DNA of 64,000 bases from Octopus sinensis (taxonomy: Eukaryota), in the NCBI RefSeq assembly GCF_006345805.1, contig NC_043000.1, positions 15,066,001 to 15,130,000 of the forward strand, read 5' to 3'. Numbering within the stretch: position 1 is the stretch's first letter; each line of letters opens with the position of its first letter. Shown here piece after piece: positions 38,230 to 51,315 of this stretch. Position numbers and translations under genes: made by a program. The notes under the pieces are model-generated. The model was not told the DNA's origin. It worked only from the letters and a program-made list of their open reading frames with translations, and ran no database searches.

Positions 38230-38690
38230 AGCACTTCTACTTGCTGCAAATCAACAAAGCTACCAGCCTGACCATTCTTTCTGTTACTCTTAAACAAGGT
38301 ACCGTAAAGCTTGCTCCTATCCTCTTCAAACTTTTCAGTCTTTCTCTCTATGCAGAGGTCTATTTCTGTCTATTGGAAAGAGCTTACAGCATCTTCCCTT
38401 TCCAAGAAGAGCAATCCTTCTGATCCCATAATTATCAACCCATTGCTGTTACAACCTCTCAAATATGATGGAAACAGTCATCAACAACCACCTTTTCCAA
38501 AACCTTGAATCACACTCTTTCTTTAATGAACATAAGTACTTCTCTTATAAAGCCCAATATACAAGAGACCTACTCTCCTCTGCTACCAGTGGGTTCTAGC
38601 CCTCAAAATCAGTATCATTGCAATTGATATCAATGCATTTGATCATATCTGGTATGCAAATCTCTTAATAAAACTAAAACCCTATTCATT
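38230..38690 (+). pseudogene. CR1/jockey-group reverse transcriptase remnant
   Basis: Fragments LAPILFKLF, NYQPIAVT and DINAFDHIWYANL resemble LAP.L..LF, NYRPI and D..AFD.VWH; heavily disrupted. Confidence 0.6.
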
Positions 38691-39582
38691 TCTGTGGTGT
38701 TATGGGCTGTGATGAGCTATGTGGTGTTGGTGGAGAGGATTGCAGATGAGAGAGACGGAAGTGAAGACTGCAGGGGCCAGCAGAACAGCCATGGGACGGA
38801 AGCACATGCAGACAGTTCGATAAGAGACGGCAGCGTACAAGGACACGTTTACTTCTTGAGAGTGATTGCTCATCCCGCCTAGGTCAACAGGTAAGGTCTC
38901 TGTATTTCATTCTCCCGTTTGCTTCTTTTTCTGTTGTCTTCCATCACACTACAATTTCTCTCTTCTTGAATTAGAGGTCTCCTATTAGATTGCATCTCTT
39001 ACCCATATTCTATGTATTCTAGTGTGCCACTGAGTTTGGTTTTGTCCCCCAACACTTTTTCTCTTATATATCAATTATTTTCTTGCTATTACCTTCAACA
39101 ATGCATTCCTCTGTCTTTGATATTACTCTTCAGATCTCCTTAAGTCTGTACCAAAGCATAATCTAAACATAATCTAGAAACCTTTCACAAATTTACACTA
39201 ACTCTGTAAAGAGAGACTTTGAAAGCATTCTCCAACAGGTTTATGCAAACTATATCACTTTCATTGACACAATCTCTGTACATTTCAAGAAATCAGTATT
39301 GTACTCTACTCCTTAAACACAAACATCATGTAACTTGAGACCTCAAGTTTACTACAAATGCTAGGTCTCACCATCACTGACGATCTTTCCAAGACACAAA
39401 GGAGTATTGCTCTCAAATCTAGGAGTACAACTGCTACACTTACAGACATCCAAGAACAGTGGTTCTCAAAATGAGAAGCATCAGCACTCCCCATGAAAAA
39501 GTGGACATTTTTGGTAATTCTTTTCATCTTTATTAATGAAATGACAAAATAAATTTCACATCCATCTTAATTTTATTAAATA

Positions 39583-39974
39583 TTAGCAGTATCGCCCAGC
39601 GTTGCTCGGGTTTGTTTCGACCCTTTAGAATTGGAAATTTTGAAAAGTAAAAATTTTGCATTATGTAGCTTGTTATTCTCTTTAAGTGAACATTTTTCTG
39701 GTTGAAATACACCGAAAAATGGCGACACAGCAGCCAACACATCATAAAAAATAGGAATTTTCATAGAAAAAAAGCACCTTTTTGATGTAAATAATTTTTA
39801 GTGTTAACATGGTCCAATTTGAATTTTATCATCTACAGAATGAAGAGCAAGCCTTCTTCTATCATACTCTCAATTTTGGTCAACTTGTGCCGCAGGGTCT
39901 TGGAGGAGACAGTGTTAGTTGAAGACTACCAAACCTGCCACACACAGATAACTTCAACTTTATATATATATAGG
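39583..39974 (-). mobile_element. Non-autonomous Helitron, subfamily 2
   Basis: Reverse complement of 30100-30489; lies after a CAGTGGTTCTCAAA hAT-like terminus near 39456. Confidence 0.8.
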
Positions 39975-40560
39975 TAACAATTTGTCCACCCACTTTTCAA
40001 TCCTCCCAGCCCTTCTCTTATGAGAAATTCTGGACCATATCCAAACGAATGTATTCCCATGGAAAAAAAATGAACATCACAACACATTTCTTCACCATCT
40101 TTACATATGTATCAATGGTTTGTATCTAGTTAAAGTAATCAGTATTTATTCAAAATATAAATTAAATCTGCCATATAAACTAATCATTAGTTCTCCAGTA
40201 AGTTTAAGAGAGGCAAAATGGGATGTTGTAATGGTCAAAAGTTTTCTGATGATGTTAACAGTGTAAAGTTGTTTTAAGAGGCACTGATAAAGGGGTTATG
40301 AATTTGGATGGTTGAGGTCATATTTTATGCTTTATAGTAATGTGGCAGTTTAATATGTTGGCTTGAGGCTTCAGATATATGGCAAAATGAAAAAAAAAAA
40401 AAAAGAATTCATTGATATTTATATAGGAAGAGATATTGCTGATATAAGAGAAAAAATAATATAGAGAATAGAAGCTAAGCTGTGGATTTGGCATGTCGAG
40501 AACTTGTCTTCCTGATTTTCGACTGGGAACCCATCAGAAAATGCTTCACGAATTTAATAA

Positions 40561-40610
40561 GAACCGCCATTTTCAATTTTTGGAATGCGGCTGTAGTCAC
40601 GTGACTGCCA
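40561..40610. promoter_or_regulatory. Promoter core: YY1-like CCGCCATTTT plus palindromic E-box/CLEAR-like AGTCACGTGACT
   Basis: CCGCCATTTT at 40564-40573; 12-bp palindrome at 40595-40606; start of a relatively CpG-rich non-repeat zone (about 40.5-44.2 kb). Confidence 0.65.
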
Positions 40611-40614
40611 AGGG

Positions 40615-40842
40615 AGGCAAGCTCGAGACTATGCTGTAAAATGAGAGGAGATAGATTTTTATTTTTTTATTTTTAATCATCGAGAGGTCGAGGAAAGAAG
40701 TAAGAGAGTGACTGAGTGAGCGGGAGGTGAAATATAGACAGACAGAGAGAGAGAGAGAGAGAGGGGGTAACTGCTTTTGCCGCGTGGTTTATTCGTATCA
40801 CCCATCAGTGCTTCTTTCACTGAAATCGATCTCTGCCCTGAG
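40615..40842 (+). other. Putative non-coding first exon of the second gene (5' boundary approximate)
   Basis: Follows the promoter motifs; GA-rich; ends at a strong donor, CTGAG|GTATGT. Confidence 0.55.
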
Positions 40843-40963
40843 GTATGTGCATTTAAGTTGAAAGAAAAAAAATAATTGGACATGAACGATTATATATGTG
40901 TTCTTAAATTGCTTTTGTTCGAAAAATAATCATCACACTAAATCCGGAATACGGCTATATATA

Positions 40964-41003
<40 letters not shown>

Positions 41004-42798
41004 ATATGTATGTGTATATGTTTCAGTGTGCACAGTTTTGTAAGAAACGTGCTTGTTGTTTGTTAAGGATGGTTCTGTGTTGCTTTATTCTCTCAATACA
41101 TTTAACCCTTTCCTGCTATGTAGAAAATAATAGAAAATACCTTCGGCCTAAATTTCACACTGCCCCCGAAACAAGCTATGCAAAAATTAGAGAAAAAACA
41201 GCTGGTCACAAAATAGTGATCGACTTTTAACACAAAACGTTGGCTAAACTGATCCCTCATTTAATATTTCAGCTCTTCATCTTTTTTCTTCTCACATTTT
41301 CCCAGACTTGCTTTTCTTTTGTTTGCGTTCTTGTTTCTTTTTGTTCATCTTCTTTCTGTTCCTTTGTTATTTCGATATTTAATCTTTCTTTCTTGAAACT
41401 TTTTTTTTTAAATTCAACTTTTTAAAGTTTTACATAAAACAAATTTTATTTAAAAAATTTTTTTATATATTTTTTGGTTATTTATTTATATTTGCCCAAA
41501 ATATTTTTATAAATATTTAAAAAATATCTGTTATTGCAAACGTCTGATGTAGAATGAGATTTTGGTTATAATTAACATTTTCAAAATATTTTAATTGTCG
41601 CATATAATCTAAATATTTACCACTGGTCCTTGTCAGTATCAATCATGTCGTCATAAGGATGCTAAGTTTCAAACAATACAAAATCAAAAACTTGCCCAAT
41701 TAGGAAAAACTAACTTTACTGCCATAAACACTAACCCTCTAGCTTTCGTATTCCAAAAGTTTTTCGAATACCAACAAAATAAACTAGTTCTAAAATTGCT
41801 TTACATTGTATTAGTGTATTCATATAAAAATTTCTTAAGGATTTCCAACACTTTTCCCTTGTTTTATTTGAGGGAAATTGCGCCTAGAAGTAATTATTTA
41901 TTTATTTTTTAATATTAATGGCGCCTTTGCAGTCATCTCGTCGCAAAAATAGGTATTTAGGGGTCCTCTTGTAAATCAATTAAAAAAATTTTTATGGATT
42001 TATATTTTGCATATTTTATTTAAGGAAATTATTCATTTTTTTTTTTTGTATGATCGATGTTTTATAGATATTTAATTACACTTTATTGTAAATTTGAAGA
42101 AGAAAAAAATCTGTGCAAAATATTGAGAGTTGTCTTCTCTTAATTCCGCCTTGGTCGACTTTCATCTTAAAAGAGTTTATTCAGGTATTTGTACAATAGA
42201 GCCGTGTTTACGGTTGTTTTTTCACCGCTCCTTTCTCCGACAGAAACCTGTCATTAGTAAATTTATTAGTTTTCACTTTTCTGCTGTTTCCTTTAGGCAT
42301 TCCTTTTTTTTTTAATGTTAATTTTTTTTTTTACATTGACACCATCTCAACTCATCAGATTTGAATCGTGTATAGCTTCAATGAATTATACATATATATG
42401 TGTATATCTCTATATATAAAACTGTATATATATATATATATATAAATAAACATGAGTGTATCCTTAATGTTATTTTAAAATAAATCTATATTAAAAATAA
42501 CTTCCTAAAGTTTATTTCAGTGAAGACTTTCCAATTGCTGGGATTCGATGTTAGGGGTTTAGTTATTTTGTTACCTTCCCTCTGCAGCTGTGGGATAATT
42601 AAATACATAAATCCTACCACGATAACCGCGCTAGTGGCCAGTCTAAAAATTTACATATCATTATTGCAACCGAAAGCCTACGAAAATAAACCATGCGGTT
42701 TAAACTTGAAAGTGATGTTGTTCATAACTCCCGCGAGTTATCAAAGCACCATTGGTTAATGACACAATAGATTACGATATTTATTTCGTGTTTTTCAG

Positions 42799-42854
42799 AC
42801 TGCAGTGTCGCGCAACTCAGGTCGCACACTCGAGCACGTCAGATGAGTAAAAAG
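42799..42854 (+). other. Candidate small exon (5'UTR, or ATG AGT AAA AAG = MSKK)
   Basis: tttttcag acceptor; CpG-rich body; weak donor AAG|GTGTCT. Confidence 0.3.
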
Positions 42855-43250
42855 GTGTCTGTGATTTTTATCCCAACTTACACGCATTCCTTGTTTCCAA
42901 GGGATCGATGTAATTCCATTTAGTTTATGCCAATACCGCAATCAAGGTTCATTCTGGAACTTTAACGTGTGTTGTCTGCAAGCTAACACAATGAAGTCAA
43001 AATGTTCAACCGTGATATCGCCTGTCATTTATGAGTGCCAAGTAAAGATTAAATAATGACATACTAGATTGTTGAACCACGTGCTTTATTGTTAACCTAA
43101 ACAACAAACGTGACTGAATGATTAAGTCCTTTTTATGATGGGCCTAACTTCGGTATAGGTACCGGAAGTACCGGATACATTTCAAGAAAGTGTTTTATAT
43201 ATATATATATATATATATGGCGAGGTTTCGCATGTCGTACAACCGAAACT

Positions 43251-43301
<51 letters not shown>

Positions 43302-44100
43302 AGGGTTAGGGTGGGAGAAAAGGGTTCCTGTTATCTTCAGAAATGTAAACAAAGCCACTTACGGTACATATACCGAAGGATCGCCAAAAAACGTTGTTCT
43401 GAATTCTCTCTCAGTGCGTGGCATCTTGGATAAGTAGGTGTGTATAGGCATGCCTATATATCTTTCGCTGATGTATTGACGAAAGACGTAAATTCCGAGA
43501 GAAAAAATACAGTTCTCTTTCGAACGAAATCTCACACAATATTTCCGTGGTGTAACCAGTTTGTGTGTCGCTTAGGAGATTCACTGAGTTTACTCCCCAC
43601 CTTATCCTGGGGTCTATACCATCTTATACAGCAAACCCAAAAGTTCCATCCCTATAAAAGCATCGCTTGGAGCGGACACCTTCCTTCAGCTACGCTACTG
43701 TCTGTATTAAGTTGTAGAATTTAATTTGTCGCCCTACCGTCAGAAATGCAGTAATCCAATGATTATCTCGTTAAAAACGTAACTACCGACGCTATTGTTC
43801 ACCAACGGAGTTATAAAACTGAACTACGTACTAATCAGTTTCGATTTGAATAACGACCGTTGTATTTCATATTTGAGTTGGTATGAAAGTATCGGCTGTT
43901 TTCTAATAATACGTTCCTTGATTTATTACTCTTTTCTAATGTTCCTTTTTGTGGATGGAAACAATTGAATGTATTTAAATATGTTGACTAATAGAAATCA
44001 TAACTTGAGGTTACAACCAAATCAGTTTAATTTGATCAGAATATCAGTCCTTGTATTTCAAAATACTGCTGTTATCTATATCTATATATATATAATACTG

Positions 44101-45443
44101 GGTACTTGTCAAGTGTAGTGGTCCCGGTTTCGCACACGCGAATTCGCGCGCGCGCGCCAGACGCAGCTACTCGATAGTCGAGATCCTACGAGGTGACTCG
44201 CGCATGCGCGTTAACCCCCCCCCCAAAAAAAAAACGGATTTTTTTAGATACCTTTCTGCTTTTTAAGACAAAAAGGTGTTGGATTTCACTAAAAATATAT
44301 GTGTGTGTGTGTGTGTATATAACATTTTCAATTTTACACAAAAAAATTACAGTCGCTTTCCTCGCGGATTTACAGATAAATGAATTAATTACTATTTTAC
44401 AGAATAAAATTAATGAATTAATTATATAAATTAAATAATTCTTGAAAATTAATTAATATTAATAATATTTTTTGAACAAAGTAAATAATTTATAAAACTT
44501 AAATAATAATGTTTTTTACACAAACGCGAACGTATATAATTTGTGAAACTTTTTTTTTTTTACAGACGTATATAATTTGGTAAACTTAATGAATTAATTT
44601 CTTCTCATCATCATCATCATCGTTTAACGTCCGTTCTCCATGCCAGCATGGGTTGGACGGTTCGACCGGGGATCTGGGAAGCCAGAAGGCTGCACCAGAC
44701 TCCAGTCTTATCTGGCAATGTTTCTACAGCTGGATGCCCTTCCTAACGCCAACCACTCCGAGAGTGTAGTGGGTGCTTTTTACATGCCACCCGCACAGGT
44801 GTCAGGCGAGGCTGGCAACGGCCACGGTCGGATTGGTGCCAGTCGAGGCGGCTCTGGCATCGGCCACGATTCGGATAGTGCTTTTTACGTACCACCAGTC
44901 CAGGGGTCCTGGCATCTGCCGGGTGCCACACTTGCCCCAACATGTCTTCGCAAGCAAAGGGGGTTGGCATGGGTGCCTGTCGTCGGATGAGGTTCGATAT
45001 CAACTTCGCTTGCCTCAACAGGTCTTTTTTCGCACTAAATTATTCCGTAGAATTTATCAAAAAACGCGCAAAATTATTCCGTAGAATTTATCAAATTAAA
45101 AAACGCAAAATTAATATATTTTTTGAAATTGCAAATTATTTAGAATATAAAACAAATGAAGTTAAATTTTAAAAATAAATGTCATATACTTATACTCTGT
45201 AAGGTGCTGTGTTCACACTTCAATTTACTATTTTCTAGAAATGTTGCTTTTCTAATTGAAACCATTTTTCTCAATCTCCATTTAAAAGTCCATCATGTCT
45301 CTTGAGCCATATCAAAATGAACAACTTTGAATTACGTGGTGGTGGTGGTGGTGTGAGGTTCTAATTTTTTTTCTGATCTCGAGTATCGAGTACCTACGTC
45401 TGGCGCGCGCGCGAAACCGGGACCACTACACTTGACAAGTACC
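44101..45443. mobile_element. Non-autonomous TIR element, Merlin-like
   Basis: ~70-bp TIR starting GGTACTTGTCAAGTGTAGTGGTCCCGGTTTCGC; flanks TAATACTG and TAAAACTG (8-bp TSD, 7/8 match). Confidence 0.7.
44605..45025 (-). mobile_element. RTE LINE 3'UTR fragment nested in the Merlin-like element
   Basis: (CAT)n tail and GGATGCCCTTCCTAACGCCAACC. Confidence 0.85.
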
Positions 45444-48400
45444 TAAAACTGAGAATGTGTGTCTGTGAACATATATTTCCTATTTCAAAGAAATTCAAAC
45501 AATAGATATAAGACCCAAGTTAAAAAGATTCTCAACAATTCAACTTCTCTGGTTGAGATTAAGACGCCCACCCCCAATAGGGGCTTAACTCTCACATTTT
45601 AGAGCTCCATGACTTCCATTTTTAACTTCTATAAGACTGGAATTGTGGAATGTGTGCATAAAAATCGGTTGTATGGGATACATGTGGCACGATTACAATT
45701 TTTTTAGGGTGTGTAAAGAGGGAAATAACCCTCATCTGCAATTTTGATGAAATTTGAAACAGGTATTACAGAAAAGTCTAATTCTTCAATTGCATGTAAC
45801 ACTGGCAACGCCGGGTAACTCTGCTAGTATTACAATAATTATAAAGGATTGTGAGGTGCTGTATTTATTGTATTGGGAACTTCATAACATTTGGTTCACT
45901 ATTTTACTTCTTCCTTTGACCTGGTTTTGGCATTGCTAGAGCACCACTGTTGTGTGTAAGAAGTATTTCAAAATATTTAATTCACTACTAAATAGCATCT
46001 TTGTCATGTCCGGTCTTTGACCATAAATTTGCTTTCTTCAGTCTATAGGTTTTCTTATTTTGTAAAAAGAGTTTAATTTCGATATTGGTGTCTAATTAGC
46101 TGTTACCTCTGGAGGAACTAGAGCTAAAGTGTTAGGAATTGTATTTAAATAATGAATTCTATGGATGTACTTTCAGAATCATCATTTAGTCTGTTTTCCA
46201 TGCTGGCATGGGTTAAACGGTTTGACTGAATCTGGTAAGCTGGAGAGCTGTACCAGGCTCCAGTCTGATTTAGCTTGGTTTCTATGGCTGGATGCCCTTC
46301 CACTCCACAGAATGTGCTGGGTGCCCTTAATATGTCACGAAAGAGTTATGAGTTTAATTTTGTTGCTCTTGAAGTCTAGGAAGTACCAATACAAAAGTAC
46401 TGGTTGTCATTGCTCTGTGAAAAGAAAGAAGAATTTGATTTTTCTTATTGATTATTATTCTGCCATGCCCCTCTCCCTCATTTATGTGTGAGTTTTTCCG
46501 TGTACTCTATCTTAACACCCATGTAGTGGTTGTAAAAAGGATCACCATCATCATTCAAGTGATGTTGTTCATTTCCAGTCTTCCATGAAAATATGTCCAG
46601 CCATAGGAAAATATTACACTGCTTGGAAACAAGTGTGGGATGGCAAAGGGAAGGGCAGCATCTAGCTGAAGAAAGTCTGCCTCAACAAATTCTATTTGGC
46701 CTATGCAAGTATGGAGAATAGATCTTAAACAACAATGGTGATCATCATAGAGCATTATTGATGTCATTCATTTGCAAAAGTGAAAATATGTTATCTTTCT
46801 AGATAGCTGAAAACATAGTTTGTTTTTCTCATGAATTAAAAGTAATTAAGTTCCATTAAATTTGTGAACATACAATAAAGATCATATACTGTTATTAGGT
46901 TTCAGTAGAATCTAATCTTTATCTAAAATGACATCTAATAATTAGGTTTAGATTCAGATGGTATTACATGTACATAGTTCATTTATTTGCTTCTTAATGC
47001 ATTACTATATTAGAAAATGTCTCATCTATGTTTATCATATGCCTATTAGTGGTAACTTATAATAACTCATATTTTATAAATTCTTATGTCTTTCCTGCTG
47101 CAAAATGTAATTTATGTGTATACATGTGTACAGGGTAAAGAACATTGTTAATGAAATACTGTTACCAAACCTGACATTTTTTTTTATTTACTCTGCTGAG
47201 AGAGCGGCTTTTATCTTATCCATGCCCAATACTTTTTCTCTTTAAAAATAGAATATATATATTAAAAGAAAAGAAATAATGTTGAAAACTTTTAAAAAAA
47301 TTTCCCACTTTGTATTGTTGGTATTTCTGCCAAGTTCAACTTTGCCTTTCATCCTTTCAGGATTAATAAAATTACCTATGAAATACTGGGTTGATGTAAT
47401 TAACTAGTTCCCTCCCCCAAAATTTCAGGACTTGTGCCTTTAGTAAAAAGGGTTATCATTAAGAAGGCTGGGAACTGGCAGAACTTGTGGCATACCGAAC
47501 AAAATGCTTAGCAGCATTTCTTTCAACTTCTAGCCCTCTACCCCTAAATTTCAGGCATTAAGGTCACTAGGTGGCAGAATTGTTGATGCATCAGACAAAA
47601 TGCTTGTGGCACTAATTTTGAGTTTTTACACTGAAATTCCACTGTGTCCAACTGCTACTTAAGAATTGATGAGTTAGCAGTTGTTACAGCATAAGAAAAA
47701 AAATGCCCTGTGGTATTTTGTGTGTGTGTGGAAGGGCTTTCTCTTTTCATCCTTTTGGAGATGAAAAGTGTCTGTCTGTCTGTCTAGAGTGTTGCATGAG
47801 ATGGTGTAATATTTGCTCTGGTGCTTTCCATTCTGAGTTTGTGAGTGGTTTAATACCACCAGCTGGCACTTTGGGTCAGGGCATCTGCTTGAGAATAACA
47901 TCCCACCAGTCTTTAGGATTCTCTGAAAATAAAAGTGGTTACAGTCACTGCTCTTTCTTCTTTGCCAAAATAGTAAAAAAAAAAAAAAATTCAAGGCAAT
48001 TGGATATTGAACCTTAATTGATTTTATGATCACTTTGATCAGGTTATTTGGTAGTAATTTGAATAAATGTCAGATAGATGATACCCCAGGAAAAAAATCA
48101 TTAAATTTTTCGAGCTAGTTGATATTTAATATGGATCAAGTTCTAACCAGACTTGTTGTGGGATGTCTGTTGAATTAGAATTTAAACTACTGCTTCATTT
48201 CAAAGTATTGAAAAGATGATTTCATACTATTGTTAATCAACTTTTTAACCCTTTCAGAAGCAACATGAGATCACTCTTTGTTCCATAATACCATTTTTAA
48301 AGATTTACATGCTGAAGTGCTCACGTTTCAATTAAATCTTCAATGAAACCTGGTAATATGAGTATTAACTTAAAGTGCAAACTTCTATCAGTTATGTATA

Positions 48401-48675
48401 TTCTGCTTGAAACAATGCAATAAATAAATAAAAACATTTTATTCACCCTTCAACTTTTAAACTGGACAGATTTGGCCTCTCATACTTACCTTACAACATC
48501 CTATATATAAACAATTACATTATTTAAATCTGAAAGCTTTGTGATACTGCATGATTAATTCAAAAGAATGTGAATAAAGAAGTACTGCATTTGGCTGTAA
48601 TCTGAATGCTTTTCTTGATTACTTAAAAAATGAGCTAGAAATAGTTTTTTTTTTAGTATTTGTATTAAAAGGTAA

Positions 48676-49050
48676 GTGTAGGAGTGGCTGTGTGGTAAGT
48701 AGTTTGCTTTCAAACCACATGGTTCCGGGTTCAGTCCCACTGCGTGGCACCTTGGGCAAGTATCTTCTATAGCCTCTGGCTGACCAAAGCCTTGTGAATG
48801 GATTTGGGAGACGGAAACTGAAAGAAGCCAGTCGTATATATGTTTTTATATGTGTGTGTTTGTCCCCACCCAACATCGCTTGACAACCGATGCTGGTGTG
48901 TTTATGTCCCTGTAACTTAGTGGTTTGGCATAGGAGACTGATAGAATAAGTACTAGGCTTACAAAGAATAAGTCCTGGGTTCGATTTGCTTGACTTAAAG
49001 GCAGTGCTCCAGCATGGCCACAGTCAAATGACTGAAACAAGTAAAAGAGG
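48676..49050 (+). mobile_element. SINE family A
   Basis: Colinear with family A. Confidence 0.85.
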
Positions 49051-49339
49051 AAAGAGTATATTATTGTATGTGTGTTTTGTAGCATGGCACGGAGATTAAT
49101 CTGCTTGTTACTGAGTTTTGTGATTCTTAACAGATCGCAACTTAGTTGTGTGAACTGCAAAGGGTCACAAGTAGCGAAAGAGAGTAATTTCAGTGCTATA
49201 ATAATTATGCTCTCCTTCCATCTTGACAACTTCTGTGTATGTATAGATATGTGTATACATGTATGATATACATATTTAAGAAAGTGTGTCCACCTTCTCC
49301 TCCCTCTTTTTATTTTGTAAATAATTATTGATTGCTTTG

Positions 49340-49680
49340 TTATCACAGTGCTGGGTCTCTGTTCTTCACTTTTCTGCCTCTTCAGTCTTCCAGTCTTCCT
49401 CTTTCTTTTATCTTCTCTCTCTCTCTCTCTTCACTGCTTTACAACTATCTCATCCTATTGCTTTCCCCTGTTTCTCTCTATCATTGTCTTCCTCTCTGTT
49501 ACTAATATTATTAACACTCCTTATGTTGATCTGCTTCTTTCCCCTTTCTCTCTTTGTACTTTTAATTTCTCTTCTTATCTCTTTTACTCTCCATCGCTCT
49601 TATCTTTTTACGTCTTTCACTGCTGCTCTCAGTTTCCCTTTCTTGTGCCACCTTTTACTTCTCTCATGCCTCTTCATTCT
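49340..49680. repeat. CT-rich low-complexity tract
   Basis: Pyrimidine-rich; yields spurious L/S/F ORFs. Confidence 0.8.
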
Positions 49681-49829
49681 TTGTTAATTTCTTTTGATGC
49701 ATAAGTGGGAAGTAACATTTTATGGATGTCGGTTCAAACTACAGTCATGATCAAATGTATCTCTTTTTATTAACAATTTGCTAAACATGAAGAAAAACGG
49801 ATTTGTAAGCGAAATTCCAGAAGTATGAT

Positions 49830-50083
49830 TTTTGCCAGCCTCGCCTGGCCCCCGTGCCGGTGGCACGTAAAAGCACCATCCGTTCTTGGCCGTTTGCCAG
49901 CTCCGTCTGGCACGTGAAAAGCACCCACTACACTCACGGAGTGGTTGGCGTTAGGAAGGGCATCCAGCCGTAGAAACACTGCCAGATCTGACTGGGCCTG
50001 ATGCAGCCTCCCGGCTTCACAGACCCCAGTTAAACCGTCCAACCCATGCTAGCATGGAAAACGGACGCTAAATGATGATGATG
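49830..50083 (+). mobile_element. RTE LINE 3'UTR fragment
   Basis: Family motifs and a (GAT)n tail. Confidence 0.85.
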
Positions 50084-50519
50084 AGGCACTTGTAAATAAT
50101 TTTGCAAATGTAGGGCACCTGGTGTCTAATTGAAGTGCATTAATTTTGAAAATGTAAATGCAAAGACAAGAGTGAGAGAAAAGGAAACTGAAAGAATAGG
50201 AGATAGAAAGAGTGGAAAGGATATTGATAGCCCATGCAAAGAACTGCTATGTCAAGTTTCAAGTGTTAGTTTGAAATTTAGAATATTCATGCCATTAGAA
50301 TGCATGTAAATGCAATGAGGTTGCTTTGGAGAGCCACATGACAAAAGCAGTATCTTTCTGAAATGCTAAGATAAGTCAAAAATATGAGATGTAGATCCTG
50401 TGATACACTCAATATTCTCTTTATATCAACAAAGATAGATCATCCTTTTGGAAAACGATAGGCCAGCTCAAATTGAAGACATGGTCTCATAGTCAGAGCT
50501 TTTCAATTAAAGCTGAGAA

Positions 50520-50805
50520 AGATGGTGGATTTGATTACTAAATGCAAAATATTTGGTCCTCACAATGATCACATGTATAGTATAGAGTGGCAAAAGGAGG
50601 TTTGCAGCATGTGCAATCAAACTAGTTCCATCATGTCGGCAAAACTTTGGGACATTAGCAGGGACAAAATTTTCTTCAATATTGTTAAAACCCAGATAGT
50701 TCATGGTCCTTGTAGTGTGCTCAGCAGGAATTCACATCGCATGTTGCATGGAAGATAACTGGTTTCCAAGACCATTTGTGAAGGAGACTCAAACAGGTGA
50801 AGAAC
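50520..50805 (+). pseudogene. Helitron Rep (rolling-circle initiator) remnant
   Basis: MVDLITKCKIFGP, MYSIEWQK (cf. YSIEWQKRGLPH), IVKTQIVHGPC and FPRPFVKETQTGE; internally deleted and frameshifted. Confidence 0.75.
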
Positions 50806-51315
50806 ATCAAAGGCTGGAAGCTTCCAAACTTTGGTTGGATGGCATGAAATTGCTAAGAAATGAGATAGTTACCTACTACTACTACCTGCTCCTACTCTGG
50901 ACATTTAAGGCATATATTAATTTTGAGTTCTGCAATTCAATAGAGTCCATCAAATATGTTAGCTAATATGTAACAAGTGTTCTGATGAAACTAATCAGCT
51001 TCATTGAAGTTAGCCACTTCTAGCAGAGATAATGCATGAGTAGTAGTGTTTTTTTTTTTTTTGCCTTTCCCCTTCATGAAAGATACCTCAGGATGCAGCA
51101 GCTATAGCCACTGGGTTTACATTGCACCTGCAACTACTGCACTACAAGTAGAGCATCAAGGGACAACACTGACAGCTTCTTCAAGTTATGTCAGTATGAT
51201 TCGCTCGCATTTTATTAGACATGAAACAATGTATGTTAATGAAAACAAGTTAGATACCCAACTGAAGACTAACCTGACATGTTTTGATGATGCCATTGGA
51301 AGAGTTTATACTGAA

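Noticed and set aside
47674-48033. Overlapping 104-aa and 119-aa ORFs in non-repeat intronic DNA; also 16606-16986 (126 aa)
   Set aside because: No recognisable motif, no convincing splice-site pair, AT-biased composition
49328-49704. Hydrophobic 118-119-aa ORFs that look like membrane proteins
   Set aside because: CT-rich low-complexity DNA with no splice or homology support
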